A stretch of 64,000 bases of DNA, from the NCBI GenBank assembly GCA_030704615.1, contig CM060731.1, positions 75,516,001 through 75,580,000 of the forward strand, written 5' to 3'. Source of the stretch: Takakia lepidozioides. Its lineage: Eukaryota; Plantae; Bryophyta. Below, in pieces: positions 26,560 through 39,696 of this stretch; within the stretch, counting starts at the first letter, position 1, and each line of letters begins with the position of its first letter. The notes under the pieces are model-generated. The model had not been told where the DNA came from. It was given only the letters and a program-made list of their open reading frames with translations, and searched no databases. Made by a program: the position numbers and the translations under genes.

Positions 26560-28950
26560 AGCGACCAACCAAGGTTGGCGGTCGCTTCTACGAAGTGTGA
26601 CCTGCGCATGGAGCGAGGAGTGAGGCGGGGGGGAGGGGGGCATATAAGCTCCAGGACATTCTCTCCCCCCTCACTTCGCTTGAAGTTTTTTTTTTGTTTT
26701 TTATAATGCAGCGACCGCCATTACTGGCGGTCGTTTTTTTTGTCTTTTTTTTTGGCGAAATGGAGCAACCGCCATTTGTGTGGCGGTCGTTTTTATTTGT
26801 TTTTAAATGGAACGACCACCATGGTGGCGGTCGCTTCTACGAGGTCTGCCCTGCGCGTGGAGTGAGGAGGGGCATATAAGCCCCCAGTCATTCTCCCCCA
26901 CTTCCATTACTCTGCAGTTTTTTGTTTTTTTAAAAATGCAGCTACCGCCATTTCTAGCGGTCGCTGTGATGGTTATTTTTTAAGATGCAGCGACCACCAT
27001 TACTGGCGATCGCTTTTATTTTTCTATTTTTGGAAATGGGGCAACCGCCATTACTGGCAGTCGCTTTTTTTTATTTTAATTATTTTGGAAATTAAGCGAC
27101 CGCCATTACTTGCGGTTGCTTTTTATTTTAATTATTTTTGGAAATGAAGCGACCGCCTATCTTGGCGGTCGCTTATTTTTTTTTTAAGTTTTTTGAAATG
27201 AAGCGACCGCCAACATAGGCGGTCGCTTCATTTTCCAAATAATTAAAATAAAAGTGATCGCCAGTAATGGCGGTCGCTTATTTTTTTTTTTAAGTTTTTG
27301 AAAATGAAGCGACCGCCTATGTTGGCGGTCGCTTATTTATTTGAAATGTTTTAAAAATGAAGCGACCGCCTATGCTGGCGGTCGCTTATTTTTATTTCAA
27401 ATGTTTTGAAAATGAAGCGACCCACCAATGATGCTGGCGGTCGCTTATTTTTTTTTTTAATTTTTTTAAAAAAATGAAGCGACTGCCTATGCTGGCGGTC
27501 GCTTATATTTTTTTTAAGTTTTTTGAAAATGAAGCGACCGCCGATGTTGGCGGTCGTTTTATATATTTATTTAAATTAAATGTTTTCAAATGAAGCAACC
27601 GCATATTCTGGCGGTCGCTTATTTTTTTATTTTAAATGTTTTCAAAATGAAGCGACCGCCTATGCTGGCGGTCGCTTATTTATTTTAAATGTTTTTTAAA
27701 TGAAGCGACTGCCTATGTTGGCGGTCACTTATTTATTTTAAAGTTTTTGAAAATGAAGCGACCGCCTATTTTTGGCGGTCGCTAACTTATTTTAAATGTT
27801 TTGAAAATGAAGCGACCACCTATGCTGGCGGTCGCTTATTTTTTTTAATTTTTTTTTAATGAAGAGACCGCCTATGTTTGCGGTCGCTTATTTCTTTTTA
27901 AGTTTTTGAAAATGAAGCGACCGCGCTTATTGCTGGCGGTCGCTTATTTTTTTTAAAGTTTTTGAAAATGAAGCGACCACCGATGTTGGCGGTCGGTTTT
28001 TTATTTTAAATGTTTTGAAAATGAAGCGACCGCCTATACTGGCGGTCGCTTATTTATTTTAAATGTTTTCGAAATGAAGCGACCACCTATGCTAGCGGTC
28101 GCTTATTTTTTTTAAATGTTTTCAAAATGAAGAGACCGCCTATGCTGGCGGTCGCTTATTTATTCTCAATGTTTTCTAAATGAAGCGACCGCCTATGGTG
28201 GCAGTCTCTTATTTATTTTAAAGTTTTTGAAAATGAAGCGACCGCCTATGCTGGCGGTCGCTAATTTTTTTTTAAATTTTTCAAATGATGCGACCGTCTA
28301 TGTTGGTGGTCGCTTATTTATTTTAAAGTTTTTGAAAATGAAGCGACCGCCTACGTTGGCGGTAGCTTATTTATCTTAAATGTTTTGAAAATGAAACGAC
28401 CGCCTATGCTGGCGGTCGCTTATTTATTTTAAATGTTTTGAAAATGAAGCGACCGCCTATGTTGGCGGTCGCTTTTTTTTTTCAAATGCTTTTAAATGAA
28501 GCGACCGCCTATGTTGGCGGTCGCTTATTTTTTTCAAATGTTTTGAAAATGAAGCGACCGCCTATGCTGGCGGTCATTTTTTTTAAAAATAAATAAATGA
28601 AGCTACCGCCTTTGTTGGCGGTCGCTTATATATTTTAAATTTTTTTTAAATGAAGCGACCGCCTATGTTGGCAGTCGCTTATTTATTTGGTCGCTTATTC
28701 TTTTAAAAAAAATTTAAAAAATGAAGCGACCGCCTATTTGGCGGTCGTTATTTTTTTTTTGAAGTCTTTAAATGAAGCGGTCGCTTATTCTTTTAAAAAA
28801 AATTTAAAAAATGAAGCGACCGCCTATGTTGGCGGTCGCTTATTTTTTTTTTGAAGTCTTTAAATGAAGCGAATGCCTATTTTGGCGGTCTCTTTGTTTT
28901 GAAAGTTTTTGAAAATGAAGCGACGCCTATGTTGGCGGTCGCTTATTTTT
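26560..28950. repeat. Right tandem array of ~59-bp hairpin units (core 27095-28950, about 31 copies)
   Basis: Consensus AAAATGAAGCGACCGCCTATGYTGGCGGTCGCTTATTTATTTTAAATGTTTTG, with an 11-bp stem and 6-nt loop. Confidence 0.95.
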
Positions 28951-30084
28951 CTAAATGTTTTGAAAATGGACGGGTACAGTGATAAATTATGAGTGGTTAA
29001 AGACACCTCAATGATGGGAAGTGGTTGAAACCACATTCTACTCCCGTTGTTTTTTAATTTTTTTTAAGATTTTTATCTTTCAAATTATATTATTCACGTG
29101 GATGAGGGAGTATGCGTAGATCTGGAGTGGTTAAAGACCCCCAGTGATTGGTACCACTTGCACAGTGGTGGAATGTGAGTGGTTAAGACCCTTTTGTAAC
29201 TGGAACCACTCTTCAAGTGGGCACTTGTGAGTGGTTACATACACGTGAGTGATTGGTACCACTTCTGTGGTGGGTTGTGAGTGGTTTGAAGACACCTGAG
29301 TGATGGGGGTGATTGAAACCAACTTGCTACTCCATTCGTGTAATAATTCAATTTTTTATTTAAGATTTATCATTTCAAAATATATTTTAATTATGAATTA
29401 TATTATTCCACGTGGACGGGGGACAGTATATCGTAGATCTGGAGTGGTTAAAGGCCCCATTGATGGGTACCACTTTGAGAGTGGTATAGAGTGAGTGGTT
29501 ACAGACCATTTAGTAACTGGAACCACTCGACCAGTGGTTACGCGTGAGTGATTACATACACACCAGTGATTGGTATTACTTTTGTGATGATACATGAAAA
29601 ACTTTAGTGGTTTGTGTGTTGATGCAAAACCCAAAATCCATCCATCTATCGCTACATTCATCCATTCAGTCATGAGTGAGGGGACTTAGCGTTTTTTTTT
29701 TCTTCCCTGCCACTGTGGCATCTGTTTGTTTTCTTTGTGTTGTAGTGTGAATGCAGGGGAGTGACATTGAAATTTTGTTATTACTCACTGAGATTCTACA
29801 TTTCTACAAAGGAAGGGCCCTGGTACCAATGTGAAAATAGGTTGAGTTGTCCCTGCAATTTATTCCATACATGTTTCTAGGTTAAATCATGGGAACGATG
29901 GGAAACTCTTGGCTAGAATGAAAATGCTCAAGTACCTGTGATTTATTTCATCCACCAGATGGACGGATTTCATCCCTGATTTTCCATATTACTCTATGAG
30001 CGCAATGAAAGTCCGTGGCCTGGATGAAAGTCGATCAAACTCATCATCTACCTATTTTTATCCCGACGATGAACGGACTTCATC

Positions 30085-31030
30085 CATGCAAGGAAGTATG
30101 ATGGCGGGGAAGCCCTACGGGTGCTGTGGGAAGTAGAATGGTGTGGTGTGTGCAACATGGAGCTTGGCGCGTGTGCATTGAGGTATATCGATTGAGGAGC
30201 ATGGTGTGGCATGAGGTGCGGCTGACAGAGGAGGAGCAATGCTTGGAAAGGTGTGCATCTGCGATAACAGGGAAGCTGGTTGCCGTCTTTTGATTGATCT
30301 ATTTCTGAAAGATCCACTCACGAGGGAAGGACTTGCTTTGAAGAAAGGGAGTGCTGCAGGACGATTCATTAGGGCAAGGGAGGGCTTGATGCCATGTGCT
30401 ACTGACAGAAGTGATGGAGGCTTAGAGGCGGTGCGCCTTTGATTTAATCTCTGAAGGTGTGGGAGTTGCGGGGAAAGCAGCTCGGTGTCATGGTGCAGCT
30501 ACCAATAGAGGGGCAGCAGTACCGCCGTTGCTTTCATGACCACGATCCCGGGAGGATGGGCTTCAAGGCAGGCAGCTTGGCATCATGTGCAACCGCCAGA
30601 TGAGGGGAACAGATCCGTTGTGTGTTTATGCTTCCTTCTTGCCAATTTCTGACGGTTGACCTTACAGTAGAGGAGCAGAGTTGGTAAATAAGTTGGTAAA
30701 TGACTCGGATCACCTGTAGATAGGGTTAATGAAGGATGCATGTACAGAGTAGAGAAATATCTGAGATGCGGACTAGCTTTTGTGTTAGCATGTGTTTTGC
30801 TTTAGGGTAGGTTGGTAGGAATGCTGGCGGATGATCAAGCCACGATGGTGAGTGTTGGGAAGCGCCAGTACAGAAGCACGATAAATCGAGCTATGGGAGG
30901 CATTGCCAAGAGCTACGGCAGCAGTTGATTACGGGCAGGGCAACCCGAGCAGGCCGATTCTGTTTATGACAAGGCAAGAAAGACGGCGGAGGAACCGGCA
31001 TATGAGATCTTTGATTTTGGAAAAGCGCAG
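30085..31030 (+). pseudogene. Degenerate P-class PPR-like fragments
   Basis: GEALRVLWEVE.., AMLGK..EAGCRLLIDLFLKD.LTREGLAL and RAGQPEQADSVYDKARK resemble PPR helices but are fragmentary. Confidence 0.4.
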
Positions 31031-33309
31031 GTGAGGGCCAGTGACAGCAGGCAGTGTGGAGCTGCTGACAAGAAGGGTGGGTGTCAGTTCATGCAAGCAA
31101 CCCACCACTTCAGTTTGAGTATAAATCAGTTAAGTTAGAGGTCGGGGCTTCTTCTTCTTCTTCTTCTTCTTTCACTTAGGAATAGTTGCTGTGGAATTTT
31201 AGTAGAGACACTGTCAATGGAAATGAGAGAGACAGAAAAGGGATTTTGGAAAATGGAATGGGGATTCTGGACTTCAATCTCCAGGAGATTGTGGAGATGA
31301 ATGGATCTGATGCATATGTCTGTGGGAGTGCTGATTGAGGGCAGATGTAGTTCACCCACAATGACAGAATGGTTGCTATTTGTTTTGTTTTTGTTCCTCT
31401 GGCTTCAGCATTATGAATCTGAACCACAATGCGGCTCTGGGATTTTGATGGTTAGATGTACATGCAATCCAATATAGTTGATGTGAGCACTAGTGAGGGT
31501 TAGCTATGATTTTTTTGTAAACAGAGAGAGGAAGGTGTGGATGGCTAGATGCAAGGAGTAGGGCACATTGAATCATAATGCTTGCACACTGTAAGGCAAT
31601 TAGATTTCAAGAGGGCAGTGTACCTACTATGGGGGTAGGCTGTAGCTTTTCTGAAAGAAGATATCAAGTGGCATGCATTTGTTCCCTACTGCTTTTATCA
31701 ATCAGCTTAGGAACATTCATGGACTGAGATCTGCAATCAGTGGGGCATAAGGGTCTTTTAAATAGTTAAAATGCAGTTTTAAGGAGGAGTTAAAAGTGGG
31801 GGCTTTGTGATATCATGCCCTCTTCATGCAAAGGGAAAGAGAAGAGAAATCTGAAATAGAGAAGCTAGGGTTTTTCATTTTGATTTAAGTAGATGTGAAT
31901 GATGTCAAAACACCATGCATCAGTGTACAATCCATGGGCGGGATATGAAGGGGTAGCAATGTCATGCCAAAGGGGATCTGTTTCTTAGATAGTTGTAGTA
32001 TTAATAAAGAAGGTTGCGGCGTGGATAAGGGTATAAAGTCTCTGGTCATAAATAGATTTAGAATGAATTAAGTAGGGTCTGAGTCATTTTAGAAAGAGCA
32101 AGTAGGTTGATGTCATAGGGCAGGGGCATGGATCACTGCTCAAGAAACAGTTAACTATAGTTTACCAGAAGGGTTTCATGCCCTTTTTTTTCACACTACA
32201 GTGTGGCTTTTCCTTAATGTAGGATGTGAAGAAGTTTGTCCATCCTGCAAATGTGGGCTTTTGGCTCCTGTTAGTACGGTATTCTTCCTGATGTTTGCAA
32301 GGTTCTTGGGAGAATCAGCTTGGTCTTAGCAGCCCGTTGATTCATTTCCTGATTCAACCTATTTCAGCCTGTTTTGCCCTCTTATCAGACTCGGGCCTGA
32401 TATGAATATTGAAATCTATAAGTTAGCTCGTTGGTGCAAGAGAGAGAGTAAGCTTGGTCTTAGCAGGCCGTGCCATGTTCAAAGCTAGAATTGTACCTAA
32501 TGTCATTCTGAACACTGTCTGGCAGCTTTGGAAAAGGGGAAAGAGGTCCAGATTCATCCAAGAGGGCGGGACTTCAAGCTCACAATTACCTATAATTCCC
32601 TGTGGATCAATAGCTGCAAGAAACCTGCATGGGTAGATGGTCAATTGGAAGCCGCAACAGCAGCGACACAATTGATAAAATCAAGCACTGCTAATGAAGG
32701 CACCTTCTTCAACACACTTTCATCATGTTTTTCCCTCTTATCAGAATTGGCCCTAAATTTTCATGTTGAATTTTGTAAGTTAGCTGGTTGAGTGAACCTT
32801 TGATAGTTTGGAGTGACTTTGACATGGTACTGCCAATGTGACAACAGGGAAGTATCCAGTTCTAAACAGGTAACAGCTGAGACGAGGAGAAGCTGTGGAA
32901 TGAATATTTTTTCTGACCCCAGTCAATGGTGCGACAATCGAGGCAAAAAGGTGAAATGTCTGTTGGATTACAGAGAGTAGCAGATGCAATTGACCATAGT
33001 GATAAGTTGAGTTGGGTGTTCCCTAGAACAAATCTAGGTTGTCATTGTCAGGTGTTAGCAGCAAGGCAAGGATGTATGCATGATTTGTGCAGCGGCATGG
33101 ATAGCTGAAGGAGCAGGGATAGAGTTTGGGTCCATATTCATCCAAGAAGGCCGGACTTCAAGCTCCACATTACCTATGATTCCATGTGGATCAATAGCTA
33201 CAAGAAACCTGCTGCATGGGTAGATGGTCAACTAAAGGTACCAGCTGCAGTGGCACTGTTGATAAAATCAGGCACCTCAACCATGACCACAACTTCTGAA
33301 AGAGGATCA

Positions 33310-33590
33310 AGAGAGGTGGCTGAACGAGATGTGGTCTTTTGGAGTGCCATGATTACAAGGTATGTGCAACATGGGTATGGGATTAAGGCTTTGGAAACCT
33401 AGGAGCAAATGATGTGGGATGGGATGAAGCAAGACCAGGTCATGTTCATTTGAGTTTGTAATATGCATATGGGAGCCTAGCAGCCCTGGGAAGGGGCAAA
33501 GAGGTTCATGTGACATTATCAAAGCTGGAATTGTACCAGATGTCATTCTGAACATTCCCTTGGTGTACATCTACATCAAATGTGAGCTTG
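33310..33590 (+). pseudogene. PLS-class PPR gene fragment
   Basis: ERDVVFWSAMITRYVQHGYGIKALET*EQMMWDGMKQDQVMF, then a frameshifted ..IIKAGIVPDVIL..LV.IYIKC. Confidence 0.85.
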
Positions 33591-34672
33591 GCAGCCCTGG
33601 CCAGATAAGAACATGAAGAGGGCTTACAATTTCGTTCGCCCGGGCGTAGACATTGCTGGCAATGAGAAGAAGGTAGGAAAGCAGTTCAGTGTTTCTAGCA
33701 TGCATGCGGAGACGCCGTGTAGAAGTTAGGCTCAGACTTTTATCATGGCTGGATTTTGTTGACCGTGTTCCAGCACTTACTCTCTGGGATTTTATTTTAT
33801 TTTGTGGAGCTTGAATCGCCAATGGTACCTTTTTCACTACAATAGTGGTATGTATTCCTCTAGTCATGTTCCTAATCACTTGCACGCCACTGTAATAGTG
33901 GTAAATTTAAAACTGTAAGAGTAGCCAAATACACACAATTGCCTCCATTACCACTCCTGTAGTGGTATACGTAATCACCTATATATTATTGTATTAGTGG
34001 TATGAATTCCTCCAGTGGTATTCCTAATCACTTACACACCACTCTGTTAGTAATCATTCCAATCCATAGGTCCCACTCAGAGAGACACCATGGATGATTC
34101 AAACAGCTTACATACCACTATGTGGGTAATCATTCCAATGACCTGTTAAGAGACGTCATCCACTCACATAACCACGGTTTGAGTGATATTTGTTATTCTC
34201 AGTTTTCATAGAATGACTCTGTGAGTCATTTCCCGATCACTCAACGAGTGGTTTCGGAAGTCATTGAATTTTTCACTCCATCCATTTCGTAGCACCGACA
34301 CAGGACACGTGTCCATGCTGAGAGTGTCGCCACGTGTCAACATAATATCCAATATCATCCACGGACCACCGACTTCCACGTGTCCACTAGAAAATGGAAG
34401 TGGTTACTTTACCACTATGACACGTCAGTTTACCACTGTGACACGTCAGGAGTGGTTGGTTTACCTCAGTGACACATCATTGACACGTCACAGTGGTGAG
34501 GTTACACGTCACAGTGGTTAATTTACCACTGTGACATGTTAGCGAACAGGTGGACCCGGACGTGAGTGGCTCGAACCACTGTCCTTAACCACTGATGCCA
34601 CGTAATGTCTAGTGTCTTTTATCTCAAAATGAGTGGTTAACAAAGTGGTTATTCCGCGTTTTTCTTCTAGTG

Positions 34673-37600
34673 AACAAAGGTGTCGGCTCAGGGGGATCAG
34701 GCGGGCAGCTTGGATCTGGCTCTGGGGGGACAGGGAGTGTGGGAAGTAGTGCAATTGGAGCTGGGGATACTGTAAGTACAGAGGGGCCAGTAGCAAGGAG
34801 TGCTCAAGGGCCAACACTTGGTGGGAGTTCCACCACTACAACAGCAAGTCCTCAAGGACCAGCACCTGTCAGTGGGCAGGGTGTAGGGCCACAGATGGCG
34901 ATACCTCCAACATGGGCAAAATCACATTTTCCGATATATGCAGGAAAAGGGGATCCTGATGTACACATCAGCCAATTTGAGCACATGTGTATTGTGAACA
35001 ATAAGAATGGCGATGATGCCAAGATGAGACTGTTTCCTTGTTCACTTATCAAGAAAGCAAGTGAATGGTATGCAAAGTTTCCTAATAATCATTTCCTAAC
35101 CTGGAATGGCCTTAGTACGGCATTCCAAAACAGGTTCAGGACAAGCAAAACTGAGGATGAAGTGTATGGAAGTTTACAACAGTTAAGACAAAAGAAGCAT
35201 GAAACTGTTGAGGAGTACATGGAAAAGATGGAGTTAATGATGAAAAAGCTGGCTGTTGTACCAGCACCAGGTTTGTGAGTGGACTAAGACCTGAATTATA
35301 AAAGAAAGTGGATATGCTACCCTATAATACAGTGGAAGAGGCATTCGAAACAGCCAACAGAATTGAGCAACTGGGAATGCTCAGGAGAGATAAAAGGGAT
35401 GATGAGGACTCTGAAGATGAGTCAGATGAGGAAGAAGAGCAAGAGCTCAAGAAGAAGAGTAAGAAGAAGGAAAAGTTGAAGAGGGATAACTATGAGAAAA
35501 GACTGGAAGAAATCTTTGAAAAAGTATGCCACAGAGGCTGCAACACATTGGAGGAAGGGTGTTTGGTGTGCAAAATGCCAAAATGAAGGCCATACCACGG
35601 CTGAATGTCACATGAAGGAGAAACACTGTACTATCTGTAAAATGGATAACCATTCTACTGAGAATTGTTACTACAACGAAAGGACAGCTGCAAGAGAACC
35701 TAGGCAAGTGAGGGTGCATCAAGTGCAGCCCCAAGCAAGAAGAAACAATGATCAGGACCACTACGGTAGGCCTGGAGGATATAACAATGGTGTGGCAGGG
35801 AGAGGTAATCCAAGAGGAAATTACCAAGGCAATCCCAAAGGCAACTATCAGGGTAATCCAAGGGGGAATTACCAGTCAGGGAATCAGGATTATAGAACTA
35901 ATCCCAGAATAGACCAAAGGCGGGGACCCAATGGTGAAGAACTGTGTTACTATTGTAACCAGGCAGGACACCGGAAAGCAGCCTGTCCATTTTGGATCAG
36001 ACATCAAAATGAGATGAGAGCTCCTGTGAATGAAGGCCCAGTAGTGGCAGCTCACATGGTTAGGCCATGTTTTGTACCAGAAGTAAGTACAATGATAGTT
36101 ACCAGAAGCAAAGCTAAATTAATATCTCCAGTGGATAAGGAAGAAGATGTTAATGAAGATGGCAGTGATGTGCCTGAAGATGATGAGGCTTGGAGGGATG
36201 AGAAGGAACTGCACAAGGAAGTGGCTGATACCATAAGGGAAATGTAGAAGGATAGTGATATCCTATGGCAGATTCTTCAGACTCTGAAGGAGAAGATGAA
36301 GAAGGTGAAGAGAAAGTGAAGCAGTCCTAGGCTTCACAAGTGCAGGGTAATGAAGGGACTTTGGCCGAAGTAATATGCCAATCCAAAGCTGAGATTACCA
36401 TTGGACAGCTATTGGCTGTGGCACCTCATTGTAGGCACAGGTTGTATCAAGCAATCAATCAGATTGCTCATGTGACAGAGAACACAGACCTGAGCAGTAA
36501 GGTGACAAGTTATAATGTGAAGCCTGAAGGGCCGAAAACAGTCATGGACTTTAATGATGATTCTATGTCAGTAATCCAATTGAGAATTGGAAGCACAAAC
36601 TTGACTGATGTACTGATAGATGGGGGCTCAGGAGTGAATATTATAATAGATCAATTAAGGCAGAAGCTTGGTCTAAGTAACATGAAACCAGCCCCATTCA
36701 CAGTAACAATGGCAGATCAAAGGAGTGTACAGCCATTAGGCTTGATAAGAGGAGTTAAGATACAGATTCAGAAGATGATATTTAAGATCACAGTGACTGT
36801 GTTGAAAATGGATGATGTCATGGAAGCTTACTCCTTATTGCTGGGTCGGCCATGGCTGAAACAGGCCAAGATATTCCATGACTGGAATTCCCAGTTACTA
36901 ACTGTGCATGATGGGAAGCACAAGATACAAGTCACCACTAAGAAATCTAGTAGGCTACCTGCTACCAGAAGACCTCGTGGAGTCAGAGAGTATGACTGGA
37001 GGGGAAGACTTGATGAGGAGCAGGAAGCTACCATGTTTGCTGCACACCCAGAGTGGGAGCAGGTTGCAGAAATGCAACTGGGAGGTCTGAGTTGCTTTAA
37101 AGGTATCTGTTGTGGTGCAGTAACAGCAACACCAATTGAGGGGAAAACAAGTAGTTACCCACCACATTTCTATGAAGAAAAAGAGGGAGAAATAGAAATC
37201 CTAGAAGAACCAGCCACTGTGAGTTTACAAGATGAAGTAGTGGTTGGATGGATAATCACAGCTGAAGAGCAGGTGATAGAAGTGAATGTGGGAACTGAGG
37301 AGGAACCAAGAATGGTGAAGTAGGGGCTGACGATGATGTATTGCTTGGAGCTATGAAGATCTGAAAGGGATACCACCTGAGATCTGCCAGCATAAGATTG
37401 AACTGGAACCAGGGTCAATACCAATCAAACAGGCAAGGTACAGGATGAATCCCAACTATACACAGAAGGTTGGGGAAGAGATCAAGAAGTTGGCTGAGGC
37501 TACGTTCATATACCCGATAGAGTATACAACTTGGCTATCACCCATTGTGATAGTTCCCAAGAAGAATGACAAACTGAGAGTTTGTGTGAACTATAAGAAG

Positions 37601-38345
37601 TTGAATGCTTGTACGAAGAAAGATCCCTTTCCTTTGCCATTCACAGAAGCTGTACTGGACACTGTGGCAGGCCATGAGATGTATTCATTCATAGATGGCT
37701 TCAGTGGGTATAACCATGTGTAAGTAGCGGAAGAAGACCAGGGGAAGACAGCTTTCATCACAGACTGGGGTACTTATGCATACAAAGTCATGCCATTTGG
37801 ACTTTGTAATGCACCAACAACTTTCCAGAGAGTGATAAATGAATCTTTCCATGAGTATTTGGATGATTTCATGCAAGTGTTTTTAAATGACTTTAGTGTG
37901 TACAGCTCTAAGAATGAGCACTTGCAAAAGTTGGAATTAAAGTTTGGCCAGATGCAGGATGAGAGGTCTTGGTCTGAATCCAGAAAATTTATGGTATGGA
38001 AGCTTTACTTCCAGTGGAATTCTTGTTACCTACCATGAGAACTGAATGGGGAAGGAGAATGGAATTGGAGGATTCAATCAAAGTGCTGATGCAGCGGATA
38101 ACATGACCAGAATTCAGATGAAGAGAAATGATCAGTTTGATGAAGGTAAATTGAAGACTTTTAAGACAGGTGATTTGGTACTGTGGTTGCAGAAGAAGGG
38201 AAAGATTAAAGCTTCTAAGCTTAAGTCACCATGGAAAGGACCTTATGTCATACAGAAGATGTATGATAACAACACAACCATGTTACAAACCATTAACAAA
38301 GAGATGCTTGGAAGAGTCAATGCCAGTAAGTTGAAGGGATACAAT
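34673..38345 (+). pseudogene. Non-chromovirus Ty3/gypsy gag-pol remnant (family C); RNase H and most of integrase deleted, no LTRs
   Basis: Retrotrans_gag-like DPDVHISQF..RLFPCSL, three CCHC knuckles, protease VLIDGGSGVNII, RT WLSPIVIVPKK..DPFPLP..DGFSGY, MPFGLCNAP, and a GPY/F module WKGPYVI. Confidence 0.88.
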
Positions 38346-39684
38346 GGTATCCATGATAAACCATTGCAGCATGATTTGCATCTTGACAAATTCCCCTTGT
38401 TATGGATTTGGCTTGGAAAGAATTCAGTCCTCCAGAGTCTTTGGCACATTATTACCAAATCATGCGCATCTGGTTGCCAGTGGCAACTCGGACTAAGGTT
38501 CTTCCGACTAACTGACCCATTGAAGATCACCATTTTGCGAGGTACTGGTTTGAGGCAGGCACCGTGCTGAAGGAATTAATTGTCTTCCAGATTGTTCATG
38601 AGTACATCTACACCAAGACCAAGGAGGTACCTAGTTTGGTCATGGGTTGTGGGCTATACTATGCTGCTTGTTTCATTTCACGCTATCACGTTGAGCAGCA
38701 AAAGATGCAGATGCGATTTCAGAATTATTCCAAGTCTGAGGATCATTGGGTGTTACCTTCAGTTCCATCCCATACATATTTGTATGATGTGAAGATCATG
38801 CTGCAGAAGGATCCCCAACTTCGTTCTTGGTTCAATTTTGCTTTCGACAACTTGGCCAAGGAAAATTTGGGTCTTGATCACATTTTTTCTAAGGGACATG
38901 AAGCCAGGAAATGGTTACACTGTTCTAATGTCATTGGCACACCCCTCACCTATACAGACAAGGAACCTGCATGTCGCGCACCTCACTTCGGTAAGCTCAC
39001 CTTCAAGTCATAGTTACTCGTTTTGATGCGCGCGCCTAATTCCCAAACTGGCCATCGGGCCAACTCGGAGCTTCGGCTGCTCACCGGGACATAACGGTCC
39101 TCCTTTACTCCTCCACGAGACCCTCTCTCAATTTGGGCCAAGTGGAAATTCCCTTTGGTCGATGGCAGTCCAGAACAGCTCCCCACACCTTGGTCGCTTT
39201 CCGGCTCGCACGCTTACTCACTAGTTTTTGGTCACCCACGGGCTTGCACCGTTCTCGGGTTTACTACTCCCTATATATACTTCTGTGACTATCTGCGGGG
39301 GTTTCACAAACAACCCAGTCATTTTATGGCGAAGCACCACGACACCCGGTGATGAGTCGCGGTGAGTCTTGGCCACCCACCACGGCCCCAATGGACCGTG
39401 ATTAGTCCCAAGACTCCCCACGACTCCCACCACAAGGTCTCCGCCCCATGGTGAGTCCTATGCCACCCCCACTAAGACCCACTAAGCTACCACCACTCCT
39501 CGTGGACCCACCCCCACCGCATGAACCCGGTGTGCGGGGCTCCACCTAGTGAGCGCCTCCGCCTCCTTGAGTGCCTTGGGCACTCAAGGGTGCTTCAGCC
39601 CCCGTACCTATTGTTGTCACTGCCCCCACAGGGGCAACCCCTCTTGTGTCCCGACCCCTGCCCCCAAGGCAAAGGGCCGCGACA

Positions 39685-39696
39685 CACACCCCTACC
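39685..39696 (-). promoter_or_regulatory. Polypurine-tract position of family B
   Basis: GGTAGGGGTGTG abutting the 3' LTR; the same sequence occurs at 56408-56419. Confidence 0.7.

Larger units (their letters stand above)
21461..28960 (+). mobile_element. Large hAT-type DNA transposon with hairpin-repeat subterminal arrays; right end not found
   Basis: Transposase pseudogene flanked on both sides by GCGACCGCC/GGCGGTCGC arrays. The left terminal region resembles the inverted end of a related element at 59520-59733. Confidence 0.65.
28970..34672. mobile_element. Pack-CACTA-like non-autonomous element with captured gene fragments; left TIR missing
   Basis: The right terminus TTTTTCTTCTAGTG (34659-34672) reads CACTAGAAGAAAAA on the minus strand. 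ACCACT/AGTGGT subterminal repeats at 28970-29600 and 33830-34660. No transposase inside. Confidence 0.7.

Noticed and set aside
27095-28950. CRISPR array (palindromic repeats with regular spacing)
   Set aside because: The spacers are homologous A/T-rich sequence rather than unique, there are no cas genes, and the context is a eukaryotic TE.
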